Shown here one piece after another: positions 9,901-17,837 of a DNA stretch of 64,000 nt. The stretch is from positions 3,710 to 67,709 of the forward strand of contig JACPQL010000049.1 in the NCBI GenBank assembly GCA_016190445.1. The letters run 5' to 3'. The notes beneath the pieces were generated by a model. The model was not told where the DNA came from, did no database searches, and was given only the letters and a program-made list of their open reading frames with translations. The translations under genes were made by a program, and so were the position numbers. Position 1 is the first letter of the stretch; every line of letters starts with the position of its first letter. Source of the stretch: Chloroflexota bacterium (GTDB lineage Bacteria > Chloroflexota > Dehalococcoidia > Lucifugimonadales > JACPQL01).

Positions 9901-11247
9901 CTACAGAATAGGGAGGTACCGCTTTAGCTCGTAGTCCGTGACGGCGCTGCGGTACCGGTCCCATTCGATCTTCTTGTTGCGGATGAAGCTGGCGAACACG
10001 TGCTCACCCAGGGCCTTGCGCACCACATCGCTCTGCTCCGCCAGGCTTACGGCCTCGATGAGGCTCCCTGGCAGGGTGCCAATGCCCCTGGCCTGGCGCT
10101 GCTCCTCGCTCATCTCGTACACGTTCTCCTCCACCGGCGAAGGGGGCTCGTACCCTTTCTCGATGCCCTCCAGGCCGGCGGCGAGCATCACGGAGAAGGC
10201 CAGGTATGGGTTGCACGCCGGGTCAGGAGCCCGGTACTCGATGCGCACCGACTCCTCTTTGCCCTGCCTGTAGGCGGGCACCCGAATCAGGTCGGAGCGA
10301 TTGACGCTGGCCCAGGAGATGTACACGGGGGCCTCGTAGCCGGGGATCAGGCGCTTGTAGGAGTTCACCCACTGGTTGGTCACCGCCGTGATCTCAGGAG
10401 CGTGGCGCAGCAGCCCGCCTATGTAGCTCTTGGCCACCTTGGAAAGCTTCCAGGGGTCCTCGGCGTCGAAGAAGGCGTTGCGCCTGTTCTTGAACAGTGA
10501 CTGGTGGACGTGCATGCCGCTGCCATTTATGCCCGCCACTGGCTTGGGCATGAAGCTGGCGTACACCCCATGGCGCTGGGCGACCTCCTTCACCACCAGG
10601 CGATAGGTCATCACCGTGTCCGCCATGGTGAGGGCGTCGGTGTACCGCAGGTCTATCTCATGCTGGCTGGTAGCCACCTCGTGGTGGCTGTACTCCACTG
10701 GGATGCCCATCTCCTCCACAGTGAGCACCGTCTCCCGGCGCAGGTCGGTGGCCATGTCCAGAGGGGTCAGGTCAAAGTAACCCCCCTGGTCCAAGGGCTC
10801 GGTGCTGTTGGGCGTCTTGAAGTAGAAGAACTCCAGCTCCGGGCCCACGTAGAAGGTGTACCCTAGTTTGGCGGCCCGCTCCAGGTTCCGCTTCAACACG
10901 TAGCGGGGGTCCCCCTCAAAGGGGACGCCTGCTGGGGTCAGGACGTCACAGAACATGCGCGCCACGGCGTTCTGGCGAGGCCGCCAGGGGAGGATACGGA
11001 AGGTGGTGGGCTCGGGCATGGCCACCATATCGCTCTCATCTATGCGGGCGAACCCCTCGATGGAGGAGCCATCGAACCCCATCCCCTTCTCCAGCGCCGT
11101 CTCCAGCTCCGCCACCGTGATGGCGAACCCCTTCAAGGAGCCCAGGATGTCGGTGAACCATAGCCGGATGAAACGGACATCGTTTTCCTTGGCCATCCGG
11201 AGGACGTACTCTTTGGCCTCGTCGGGCCTGGCAGTACTGGTGGTCAT
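9901..11247 (-). CDS. glnA: glutamine synthetase type I (448 aa)
   Basis: VRFIRLWFTDILGSLKGF, GFDGSSIEGFARIDESDM, GSGMHVHQSLF, NSYKRL, RIEYRAPDPACNPYL. Confidence 0.95.
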   Translation of the reverse strand: MTTSTARPDEAKEYVLRMAKENDVRFIRLWFTDILGSLKGFAITVAELETALEKGMGFDGSSIEGFARIDESDMVAMPEPTTFRILPWRPRQNAVARMFCDVLTPAGVPFEGDPRYVLKRNLERAAKLGYTFYVGPELEFFYFKTPNSTEPLDQGGYFDLTPLDMATDLRRETVLTVEEMGIPVEYSHHEVATSQHEIDLRYTDALTMADTVMTYRLVVKEVAQRHGVYASFMPKPVAGINGSGMHVHQSLFKNRRNAFFDAEDPWKLSKVAKSYIGGLLRHAPEITAVTNQWVNSYKRLIPGYEAPVYISWASVNRSDLIRVPAYRQGKEESVRIEYRAPDPACNPYLAFSVMLAAGLEGIEKGYEPPSPVEENVYEMSEEQRQARGIGTLPGSLIEAVSLAEQSDVVRKALGEHVFASFIRNKKIEWDRYRSAVTDYELKRYLPIL

Positions 11248-11327
11248 GATGCCGCTCCTCGCTCTCCGTGGCCCACGCGGGGTCTGTCCTCGGCTAGAAG
11301 TTGGTGAGAAAGGCCACGAACCTCGCC

Positions 11328-11357
11328 ATTATACCCAATTTGCTCTGCATGCGTCAA
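11328..11357 (-). promoter_or_regulatory. candidate sigma70-type promoter of the 448-aa glnA
   Basis: Minus strand reads TTGACG (11357-11352), an 18-nt spacer, then TATAAT (11333-11328), about 80 nt upstream of the ATG at 11247. Confidence 0.45.
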
Positions 11358-11502
11358 TGTGCGAAAGCGACGATGGCACCTGCCTCTCTGACCTGTTCTT
11401 GCTGCGGAGGCGCCCAGTGCTGCGATAAGGTGCGCTACGGCTAAACATATGTGCGTCTTCCGTCGTGCGTAATCGAGAAGACGTGCCAGCAGCCAGGAAA
11501 GC

Positions 11503-11542
11503 TGAAAAAGGTAAGGCGCTCCGCAACGCGGAGCGCCTTACC
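11503..11542 (-). terminator. rho-independent terminator of the 488-aa glnA
   Basis: Perfect 15-bp stem GGTAAGGCGCTCCGC-AAC-GCGGAGCGCCTTACC (11510-11542), followed on the minus strand by TTTTTC. It lies 25 nt after the stop at 11567. Confidence 0.8.
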
Positions 11543-11566
11543 TCTAACGGCTCGTGGACCGCGGCC

Positions 11567-13033
11567 CTAGGCGTCCAGGTACAGGAAGAACTCGTAGGGG
11601 TGGGGGCGCAGCCGCACCGCGTCTACCTCGTGCTCCCGCTTGTACTTGATCCACGTCTGAATGACGTCGGGTGTGAAGACATCACCCCGCAGCAGGAACT
11701 CGTGGTCCTCTTCCAGGGCCTGGAGCACCTCTTGCAGGCTGCCGGGGCACTGGACGATCTTGGCCGCCTCCTCGGGTGTGAGGGAGTAGAGGTCCTTGTC
11801 CATGGGCTCACCCGGGTCAATGCGGTTCACAATGCCGTCTATCCCGGCCATGAGCATGGCGGCAAAAGCGAGGTACGGGTTGCAGGAGGGGTCAGGCAGC
11901 CGGTACTCTATCCGCTTGGCCTCAGCGTGTGGGAAGTACACCGGGATGCGGGCACAGGCGCTGCGGTTGCGCACGGAGTAGGCCACGTTTACCGGCGCCT
12001 CGTAGCCTGGCACCAGGCGGCGATAGGAGTTGGTGGTGGGGGCGCAGAAGGCCAGCAGCGCGGGCGTGTGTTTGAGCAGGCCGCCGATGTAGTAGAGGGC
12101 CATCTCGCTGAGCCCTGCGTACCCTTCCGGGTTGTAGAACAGGTTCTCGCCATCCTTCCACAGGCTCTGGTGGGTGTGCATGCCTGTGCCGTTGTCCCCA
12201 AAGAGTGGCTTGGGCATGAAGGTGGCCACTTTGTTGTGGGCCCTGGCCACGTTCTTCAGCACGTACTTGTATGCCATCACCTGGTCGGCCATCTTGGTCA
12301 GGGAGCCATAACGCATGTCTATCTCTCCCTGACCAGCGGTGGCCACCTCGTGGTGGTGTTTCTCAACCTGGATGCCGAAGGCTCCCATCTTCAGGACCGC
12401 CTCGGAGCGGAGGTCAGTTTGAGTGTCCGTGGGGGCGGTGGGGAAGTAGCCCTCCTTGTGCCTGGGCCGGTATGCCAGGTTGTTGTCTTGGCCGTCCCTG
12501 CCCGCGTTCCAGATCCCTTCCTCCGACTCGATGAAGTGGTAGGCGCTCTGGACATTCTGGTCGAAGCGGACGCCATCAAAGATGAAGAACTCCAACTCGG
12601 GGCCCCAGTAGCTGATGTCAGCAATGCCTGAGGACTTCTTGAGGAACGTCTCAGCCTTCTGGGCAATGTGGCGGGGGTCGCGGTTGTACTGCTGCCGGGT
12701 TATGGGGTCAACCACGTTGCACATGAAGCTGATAGTGGAGACTTCAAACACAGGGTCCACCGCCGCCGTGGCCGGGTCCGGCACCACCAGCATGTCGCTC
12801 TCGTCTATCGTCTGGAACCCCCGGATGCTGGAGCCGTCGAAACCCGTGCCCGCAACGAACAGCTTCTCGTCCAACTCGCCTATCGGCATAGTGAAGTGCT
12901 GTAGCGTTCCTGGCAGGTCCACGAACTTCACGTCCACCATCTGGGTCCCTTGCTCCCGGCAGAAGGCTATGATCTCCGCCGGAGTGGTGGGCGGCCTCCC
13001 GTTGTATCTCTCTCTTTTCGGCCTTTGCGCCAT
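11567..13033 (-). CDS. glnA: glutamine synthetase type I (488 aa, second paralogue)
   Basis: VDVKFVDLPGTLQHF, GFDGSSIRGFQTIDESDM, GTGMHTHQSLW, NSYRRLVPGYEAP, RIEYRLPDPSCNPYL. Confidence 0.95.
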   Translation of the reverse strand: MAQRPKRERYNGRPPTTPAEIIAFCREQGTQMVDVKFVDLPGTLQHFTMPIGELDEKLFVAGTGFDGSSIRGFQTIDESDMLVVPDPATAAVDPVFEVSTISFMCNVVDPITRQQYNRDPRHIAQKAETFLKKSSGIADISYWGPELEFFIFDGVRFDQNVQSAYHFIESEEGIWNAGRDGQDNNLAYRPRHKEGYFPTAPTDTQTDLRSEAVLKMGAFGIQVEKHHHEVATAGQGEIDMRYGSLTKMADQVMAYKYVLKNVARAHNKVATFMPKPLFGDNGTGMHTHQSLWKDGENLFYNPEGYAGLSEMALYYIGGLLKHTPALLAFCAPTTNSYRRLVPGYEAPVNVAYSVRNRSACARIPVYFPHAEAKRIEYRLPDPSCNPYLAFAAMLMAGIDGIVNRIDPGEPMDKDLYSLTPEEAAKIVQCPGSLQEVLQALEEDHEFLLRGDVFTPDVIQTWIKYKREHEVDAVRLRPHPYEFFLYLDA

Positions 13034-13098
13034 TCGTTTGCTCCTGTCCTAGAGATGGGGCGAGATTCTGGAGTTGTCCCGTGGAGTAGTCCGCGGGC

Positions 13099-13200
13099 CT
13101 ACTCGGACTTGTCGCGCTTCCGTAGCTTGCTGGGGAGCACCACCCACATGGCGAAGAAACCTGCGAACGCTCCTATTCCCAAGATAGCTTCCAGCGGCAT
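13099..13200 (-). CDS. 33-aa single-TM small protein (unannotated, below ORF-track cutoff)
   Basis: AGGAGGAG, a 7-nt spacer, then ATG at 13200. Product MPLEAILGIGAFAGFFAMWVVLPSKLRKRDKSE: one hydrophobic helix plus a basic tail. Sits between amtB and glnA on the same strand. Confidence 0.5.
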   Translation of the reverse strand: MPLEAILGIGAFAGFFAMWVVLPSKLRKRDKSE

Positions 13201-13240
13201 TGTCGGACTCCTCCTATCGTCGGTATTCTGCCAGTAATGT

Positions 13241-13284
13241 GTTTCCGAAGTTTTGCTCAAATGTTACAAAAGTGTTACACGCTG
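13241..13284 (-). promoter_or_regulatory. four pentamer boxes phased at 11 bp (GlnR-box-like)
   Basis: Plus-strand pentamers GTTTC (13241), TTTGC (13252), GTTAC (13263) and GTTAC (13274). On the coding strand they read GTAAC-n6-GTAAC-n6-GCAAA-n6-GAAAC, 41-84 nt upstream of the small-ORF ATG. Confidence 0.45.
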
Positions 13285-14699
13285 GCCTGCCGCACGCCTG
13301 GCCTGGACCCAGTGTGCGAGCCGTTGGTGGCAGTGTCATAGGCCACGGCGCCATGCTCTGGCAGGTCCAGCCCGCCTAGCTCCTCTTCCCTGCTGGCCCG
13401 CAAGCCCATGGTCTTTTTCAAAGCCCAGAACAGGAGCAGCCCCGCCCCCAACGCCCATGTGGTGACGGCGCCCATGCTGATGAGCTGGGCCAATAACTGC
13501 CCCGTCTCGCCAGCCACCAGACCGCTTACGCCGCCGTAGGTGCCGTCGGCAAAGATGCCCACCGCCAGCAGGCCCCAGAGCCCTGCGCCGGCGTGTACCG
13601 AAACAGCCCCTACGGGGTCATCTATCTTGAGCACGCGCTCCACAAGGGAGAGGCTGCCTATGACCACTAGGGCGGCCACAGCGCCGATGGCTACGGCGGC
13701 CCACGGGGCCACGTAGGCGGCAGGGGCGGTGATGCCCACCAGGCCGCCCAGGGCGCCGTTGCAGGCCATGGCCACGTCGGCCTTCCCTGTGCGGGCCAGG
13801 GTATAGTAGATGGCTACCACGGCTCCTGTTGCCCCGGCCAGCAGAGTGTTGGCCGCGATGACAGCAATGCGCAGGTCAGTGGCCGCCAGGGTGCTGCCCG
13901 CATTGAATCCGAACCAGCCGAAGAAGAGGATAAAGGTGCCTATGACCACATACACCATGTTGTGGCCAGGTATGGCATTGGGTGTGCCATCCAGGTTGAA
14001 CTTGCCAATTCGTGGGCCCACCACCGCGGCGCCAGCCAGTCCCACCAGCCCTCCAACCACGTGAACGACTCCAGAGCCGGCGAAGTCCTTGGCCCCCGCC
14101 CCGAAGGGCAGCGTGGCCAGCCAGCCGCCGCCCCACACCCAGTGGCCGTAGACGGGGTAGATGATGGCCCCCAGGATGAAGCTGTAGGCCAGGTATGCCT
14201 GCACTCGGGTGCGCTCGGCCACGCAGCCTGCCACGATGGTGCAGGCGGTGGCGGCGAACATCATCTGGAACACCCAGTTCATGATGGTGCTCACGTCATA
14301 GGCATCGCCGGTGAGGAAAAAGCCCGAGAAGCCCACGAGCGGGTTCCCCTGGGAGAGTCCCGAGGCCAGGGCCGAGCCGCCGAACATGATGGCGAAGCCA
14401 AAGGCCCAGAAGGACAGTGAGGCGATCATGAAGTCCATGAAGCTCTTGGTCATGTAGTTGACGGTGTTCTTGGCCCGGATGAGCCCTGCCCCCAGGAAGG
14501 CGAACCCCGCCTGCATGATGAACACCAGGAAGCCCGCCATGAGAGTCCAGGCGAAGTTGACCGCCGCGTTGGGGTCCTCTGTGAGGGTGTCCCCTCCAGC
14601 GGGGTCTGCCCCGTTGGCCCAGGCCACCCCGAAGCTGGCCAAGAATATGGTCAGCCCCAAAAACACCACCGCGACCACTCTGGTCCTTTGTGAAAGCAT
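13275..14699 (-). CDS. amtB: ammonium transporter
   Basis: Amt signature region FAWTLMAGFLVFIMQAGFAFLGAGLIRAKNTVN, DFAGSGVVHVVGG, and multi-TM throughout. Start trimmed to ATG 14699 (GGAGG, 6 nt, ATG). Confidence 0.95.
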   Translation of the reverse strand: MLSQRTRVVAVVFLGLTIFLASFGVAWANGADPAGGDTLTEDPNAAVNFAWTLMAGFLVFIMQAGFAFLGAGLIRAKNTVNYMTKSFMDFMIASLSFWAFGFAIMFGGSALASGLSQGNPLVGFSGFFLTGDAYDVSTIMNWVFQMMFAATACTIVAGCVAERTRVQAYLAYSFILGAIIYPVYGHWVWGGGWLATLPFGAGAKDFAGSGVVHVVGGLVGLAGAAVVGPRIGKFNLDGTPNAIPGHNMVYVVIGTFILFFGWFGFNAGSTLAATDLRIAVIAANTLLAGATGAVVAIYYTLARTGKADVAMACNGALGGLVGITAPAAYVAPWAAVAIGAVAALVVIGSLSLVERVLKIDDPVGAVSVHAGAGLWGLLAVGIFADGTYGGVSGLVAGETGQLLAQLISMGAVTTWALGAGLLLFWALKKTMGLRASREEELGGLDLPEHGAVAYDTATNGSHTGSRPGVRQASV

Positions 14700-14753
14700 C
14701 GGTCGCCTCCCCAGCGGAGTTTGTGAAACCTGACACAACCTTAGCTGGGGGTT

Positions 14754-14819
14754 GTTACGCTGGTATTGCGAGGCTGTTACGAGGGTGTTGCGAGGCCGTT
14801 ACAGTCTGATTACGTGCTG
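14754..14819 (-). promoter_or_regulatory. six tandem 11-bp repeats (RTTRC-N6) upstream of amtB
   Basis: Units gttacgctggt / attgcgaggct / gttacgagggt / gttgcgaggcc / gttacagtctg / attacgtgctg start at 14754, 14765, 14776, 14787, 14798 and 14809. The nearest box is 55 nt upstream of the amtB ATG. The last units overlap the MFS stop codon. Confidence 0.5.
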
Positions 14820-16030
14820 TAGGCCGCCGGAGCACGGGAGCCCGGCAGGTAGCGCAGGCCAATGAGGAGGGCGAGGGCGGCCAGCCCTGCGCCCAGCAGG
14901 AAGGGTGCCTGCGGGCCCACGGCGTCCCACAGAAGGCCCGCCGCCAGGCTGGCAAGCAGAACGCCAACCCCAAAAGCACCCTGGTACAGGCCCATTCCGG
15001 TGGCCCGCAAGTCTGCGGGGGTGCAGTCTGCCACTAGGGCGCGGCCTACCCCCTCGCCGATGGCCAGGTAGGCCCCGTACAGCGCTAGCAAGGGCCACAC
15101 GGCCCAGGCGCTATTGGCCAGGGCGAGGCCAAGGTAGGTGGCGGCATATATGGCGAAAGCAACCAGGATGAGCCTCCGCCGGCCCAGGAGGTCCGATAGC
15201 CTGCCAAATGGGTAGGCCAGGGCAGCATAGACGCTGTTGAAAAGCAGATAGGCCAGGACTACGGTGCTTATTCCCAGGCCCAGGTTCTTGGCCCTCAGCA
15301 GTATGAAGGCGTCGCTGGAATTGGCCAGTGCGAAGGTCACCATGACGGCCAGCACCACCCAGTATGCGCGAGGGAGACGCCTCCAGCCTGCCAGCCTCGG
15401 GCCGCGCTCCCGCTGGGCCACCGCGGGCAAGGGCATATCGCGGACGGCGAAGGTGAGGAGGACGGCGATGAAGGCAGGCACCACGGCTACCGCGAAGGCC
15501 AGGCGCAGGTTATTGGAGAAAAGGGAGACCACAAGGAAGGCGAGGAACGCACCCCCCAGCGCGCCAGCGGTGTCCATGGCGCGGTGCAGCCCAAAAGCGG
15601 CCCCCCGGATGTCTGGGGGTGCTGCCTGGGCGATCATGGCGTCCCTGGGAGCGCCACGGATGCCTTTCCCCATGCGGTCGCCGGTGCGGGCAGCCAGCAC
15701 TACGCCCCAGTGGGTTGCCAAGGCCAGGAGGACCTTCCCCAGGGCCGCCAGGCCGTAGCCCCAGGTGACCATCGGCATGCGGCGCCCCATGCGGTCAGAG
15801 AGCAGCCCGGAGCCCACCTTGAAGATGTTGCTGGCTCCATCGGCGAGGCCCTCCACCAGCCCCACCACCGCCACGGGTGCGCCGAGGGTTACGGTGAGAA
15901 ACAGCGGCACGAGGGGGTATACCAGGTCGCCGCTGACGTCGGCGAAGAAGCTGACCAGCCCCAGGAGGACCACCGTCCTGCCCAGGCGCTGGAGCGTGCC
16001 TGGCCTGGCGACAGCGGGCCTTGTCTCCAC
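14810..16030 (-). CDS. MFS transporter
   Basis: 12-TM-like hydrophobic profile with an MFS loop motif (LSDRMGRRMP, LSDLLGRRRL). Start moved to GTG 16030, just after the crotonase stop; the track start 16126 overlaps that gene. Confidence 0.8.
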   Translation of the reverse strand: METRPAVARPGTLQRLGRTVVLLGLVSFFADVSGDLVYPLVPLFLTVTLGAPVAVVGLVEGLADGASNIFKVGSGLLSDRMGRRMPMVTWGYGLAALGKVLLALATHWGVVLAARTGDRMGKGIRGAPRDAMIAQAAPPDIRGAAFGLHRAMDTAGALGGAFLAFLVVSLFSNNLRLAFAVAVVPAFIAVLLTFAVRDMPLPAVAQRERGPRLAGWRRLPRAYWVVLAVMVTFALANSSDAFILLRAKNLGLGISTVVLAYLLFNSVYAALAYPFGRLSDLLGRRRLILVAFAIYAATYLGLALANSAWAVWPLLALYGAYLAIGEGVGRALVADCTPADLRATGMGLYQGAFGVGVLLASLAAGLLWDAVGPQAPFLLGAGLAALALLIGLRYLPGSRAPAAYST

Positions 16031-16034
16031 GCTG

Positions 16035-16859
16035 TTAGTACCCCTTGAACTGAGGGGGCCGCCTCTCGGCGAATGCCCTCGGCCCCTCCTTGGAGTCCTC
16101 CGTGGTCTGGGCGATGAACTGGCCATACTGGCACAGGTCCAGTGCGTTGCTCAGGTCGGCGTCCATGCACTGGTAGACCAGCCGCTTGGCCACTTGAATG
16201 GAGGTGGCGGGCAGGCTGATGATCTGCTGGGCGTACTCCTTGACCCGCTCCATGAGCTTGTCGGCGGGGACCACCTCCTGGACGTAGCCCATGGCCATGG
16301 CCTCCTGGGCATCGAAGATGCGGCCCGTCCAGATCAGGTCCAGGGCCCTGCCCAGGCCCACGATGCGGGGCAGAAAGTAGCAGCCGCCATCGCCCGGGAC
16401 CAGGCCCATCTTGACGTAGGCCATGGTGAAGCGGGCGGTGTCCGAGGCGAAGCGGATATCGCACATGCTGGCCATGTCCATGCCTGCTCCTGCGGCGGGG
16501 CCGTTGATGGCGCCTATGTACGGCTTGTCCAGGGTGGCCAGTGCCCTGGGCACACGGTGCACGCTATAGCGCAGGTTGTTGCGGCGCTGGGGCAGCGGCA
16601 CATCCACCTCCAGGTTGGTGGACTCATGGCGCGCCGCCGCGGCCCTGGCATCCATGCCGGAGCAGAAGCCGCGGCCCGCTCCGGTCACCACCACCACCTT
16701 CACGTCGTTGTCCAGCTTGGCTTCCTCAATGCAGGACGCCCACGAGTCAATCATGTCGTGGGTGAAGGCGTTGAGGCGCTCCGGCCGGTTCAGGGTGATG
16801 ATGGCGATACCGCCTTCCTTGGTGTAGACAACCTCTTTGAGTTCCTTGATGGTCTGCAT
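16035..16859 (-). CDS. enoyl-CoA hydratase/isomerase (crotonase) family protein
   Basis: IAIITLNRPERLNAF, VVVVTGAGRGFCSGMD, KPYIGAINGPAAGAGMDMASMCDIRFA. Confidence 0.9.
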   Translation of the reverse strand: MQTIKELKEVVYTKEGGIAIITLNRPERLNAFTHDMIDSWASCIEEAKLDNDVKVVVVTGAGRGFCSGMDARAAAARHESTNLEVDVPLPQRRNNLRYSVHRVPRALATLDKPYIGAINGPAAGAGMDMASMCDIRFASDTARFTMAYVKMGLVPGDGGCYFLPRIVGLGRALDLIWTGRIFDAQEAMAMGYVQEVVPADKLMERVKEYAQQIISLPATSIQVAKRLVYQCMDADLSNALDLCQYGQFIAQTTEDSKEGPRAFAERRPPQFKGY

Positions 16860-17000
16860 GATGGCCCCCTATGGTTACAGCTTCAACTCCAGAATCAGCC
16901 CAACGCAGCACATAGAGGGCGACCCACAGCCTCAAACAGGTGGAACGTGTGCGCCCTCCGTCCTTCAGGCGAGAGTCACGTGGCGGGGGATGGGGTGCCC

Positions 17001-17204
17001 CTAAGCCTTGGGCAGGTAGGCCTCGGGGTTCCCCATGAACTTGGCCCGGCAGGCAAGGGTATCGAAGTAGTACCAACTCCCGTCGTGGAAGCGCTTGGTG
17101 CCCTTGGCGGGGTCCGTCTGAGGGGCGCCAGCGGCCACACTACCGACCGCCTGGTTCACCTCTCTTTCGTTGACCTCTAGTCCGCAGACTGGACACTTGG
17201 CCAT
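17001..17204 (-). CDS. YHS/TRASH-type metal-binding domain protein
   Basis: MAKCPVCGLEV...GSWYYFDTLACRAKF, 67 aa. Confidence 0.7.
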   Translation of the reverse strand: MAKCPVCGLEVNEREVNQAVGSVAAGAPQTDPAKGTKRFHDGSWYYFDTLACRAKFMGNPEAYLPKA

Positions 17205-17351
17205 AAGACACCTCCCTCAACGCATAGAGCTAAGAGTACACCCCCAGCGAGAGCCGGGAGCGTCCTATTTCTACGGGATTGCCCCAGGGTTGTCAACGCC
17301 CGGCACTGGTGCGCTTTGGGCCGTGGCTCCTCCCTGGTACGGTACAACCTG

Positions 17352-17381
17352 TTGACCCCTTCGGGTATCCCATGCTAGCAT
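17352..17381 (+). promoter_or_regulatory. candidate promoter of the IscA/HesB-like gene
   Basis: TTGACC (17352-17357), an 18-nt spacer, then TAGCAT (17376-17381), about 50 nt upstream of ATG 17432. Confidence 0.3.
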
Positions 17382-17431
17382 GGTTTTGTGACCATTGAAA
17401 CACGCTCCACTGTGGAGGAGAAAGAAGCCGG

Positions 17432-17767
17432 ATGATAACAGTAACGGCTCTGGCTGCCGAGAAGCTGAAGGGCGTGCTGGACGAGCAAGGGAAGCCTGGT
17501 AGCGCGCTTCGTATCATTGTCATGCCTGGCGACCACGGACTCCAGTATATGCTGACCCTGGAGGAGTCGCCCAGAGAGGACGACCTGGTGCTGGGCCAGG
17601 ATGGTGTCCAGATTGTGGTGGACTCGGACAGCGCCCCTCTGCTGGAGGGCGCTGAGCTAGACTACTCCGAGGAGTTGATGCGGAGCGGCTTTGTTATCAC
17701 CAACCCCAATGCCCCTGTCGGCGGGTGCGCATGTGGCGGTGGTGGGTGTGGCTGTAGGGGGGAATAA
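17432..17767 (+). CDS. HesB/IscA-family Fe-S cluster assembly accessory protein
   Basis: MITVTALAAEKLKGVLDEQG...LRIIV..GDHGLQYML...QIVVDSDSAPLLEGAELDY...GFVITNPNA, with a Cys-rich C-terminus (GGCACGGGGCGC). Confidence 0.8.
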   Translation: MITVTALAAEKLKGVLDEQGKPGSALRIIVMPGDHGLQYMLTLEESPREDDLVLGQDGVQIVVDSDSAPLLEGAELDYSEELMRSGFVITNPNAPVGGCACGGGGCGCRGE

Positions 17768-17792
17768 GCCACAGCGCAGCGCTGGGCTCTGA

Positions 17793-17832
17793 GTGGGGCG
17801 TCCTTCCGCCGAGGGACGTCCCACTTCTTTTT
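17793..17832 (+). terminator. rho-independent terminator after the IscA-like gene
   Basis: GTGGGGCGTCC-loop-GGACGTCCCAC (one mismatch), followed by TTCTTTTT. Confidence 0.6.
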
Positions 17833-17837
17833 CATCC

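Noticed and set aside
11465-12631. Long antisense ORFs opposite real genes (also 15765-17180, 22828-23988, 31700-33073, 33021-33902, 35756-37129, 47878-49260, 50791-51744, 7252-8115, 8491-9186)
   Set aside because: Each is the mirror frame of a gene with clear family motifs. All have low-complexity G/R/P/A/H-rich composition and no RBS. They are treated as GC-driven artefacts.
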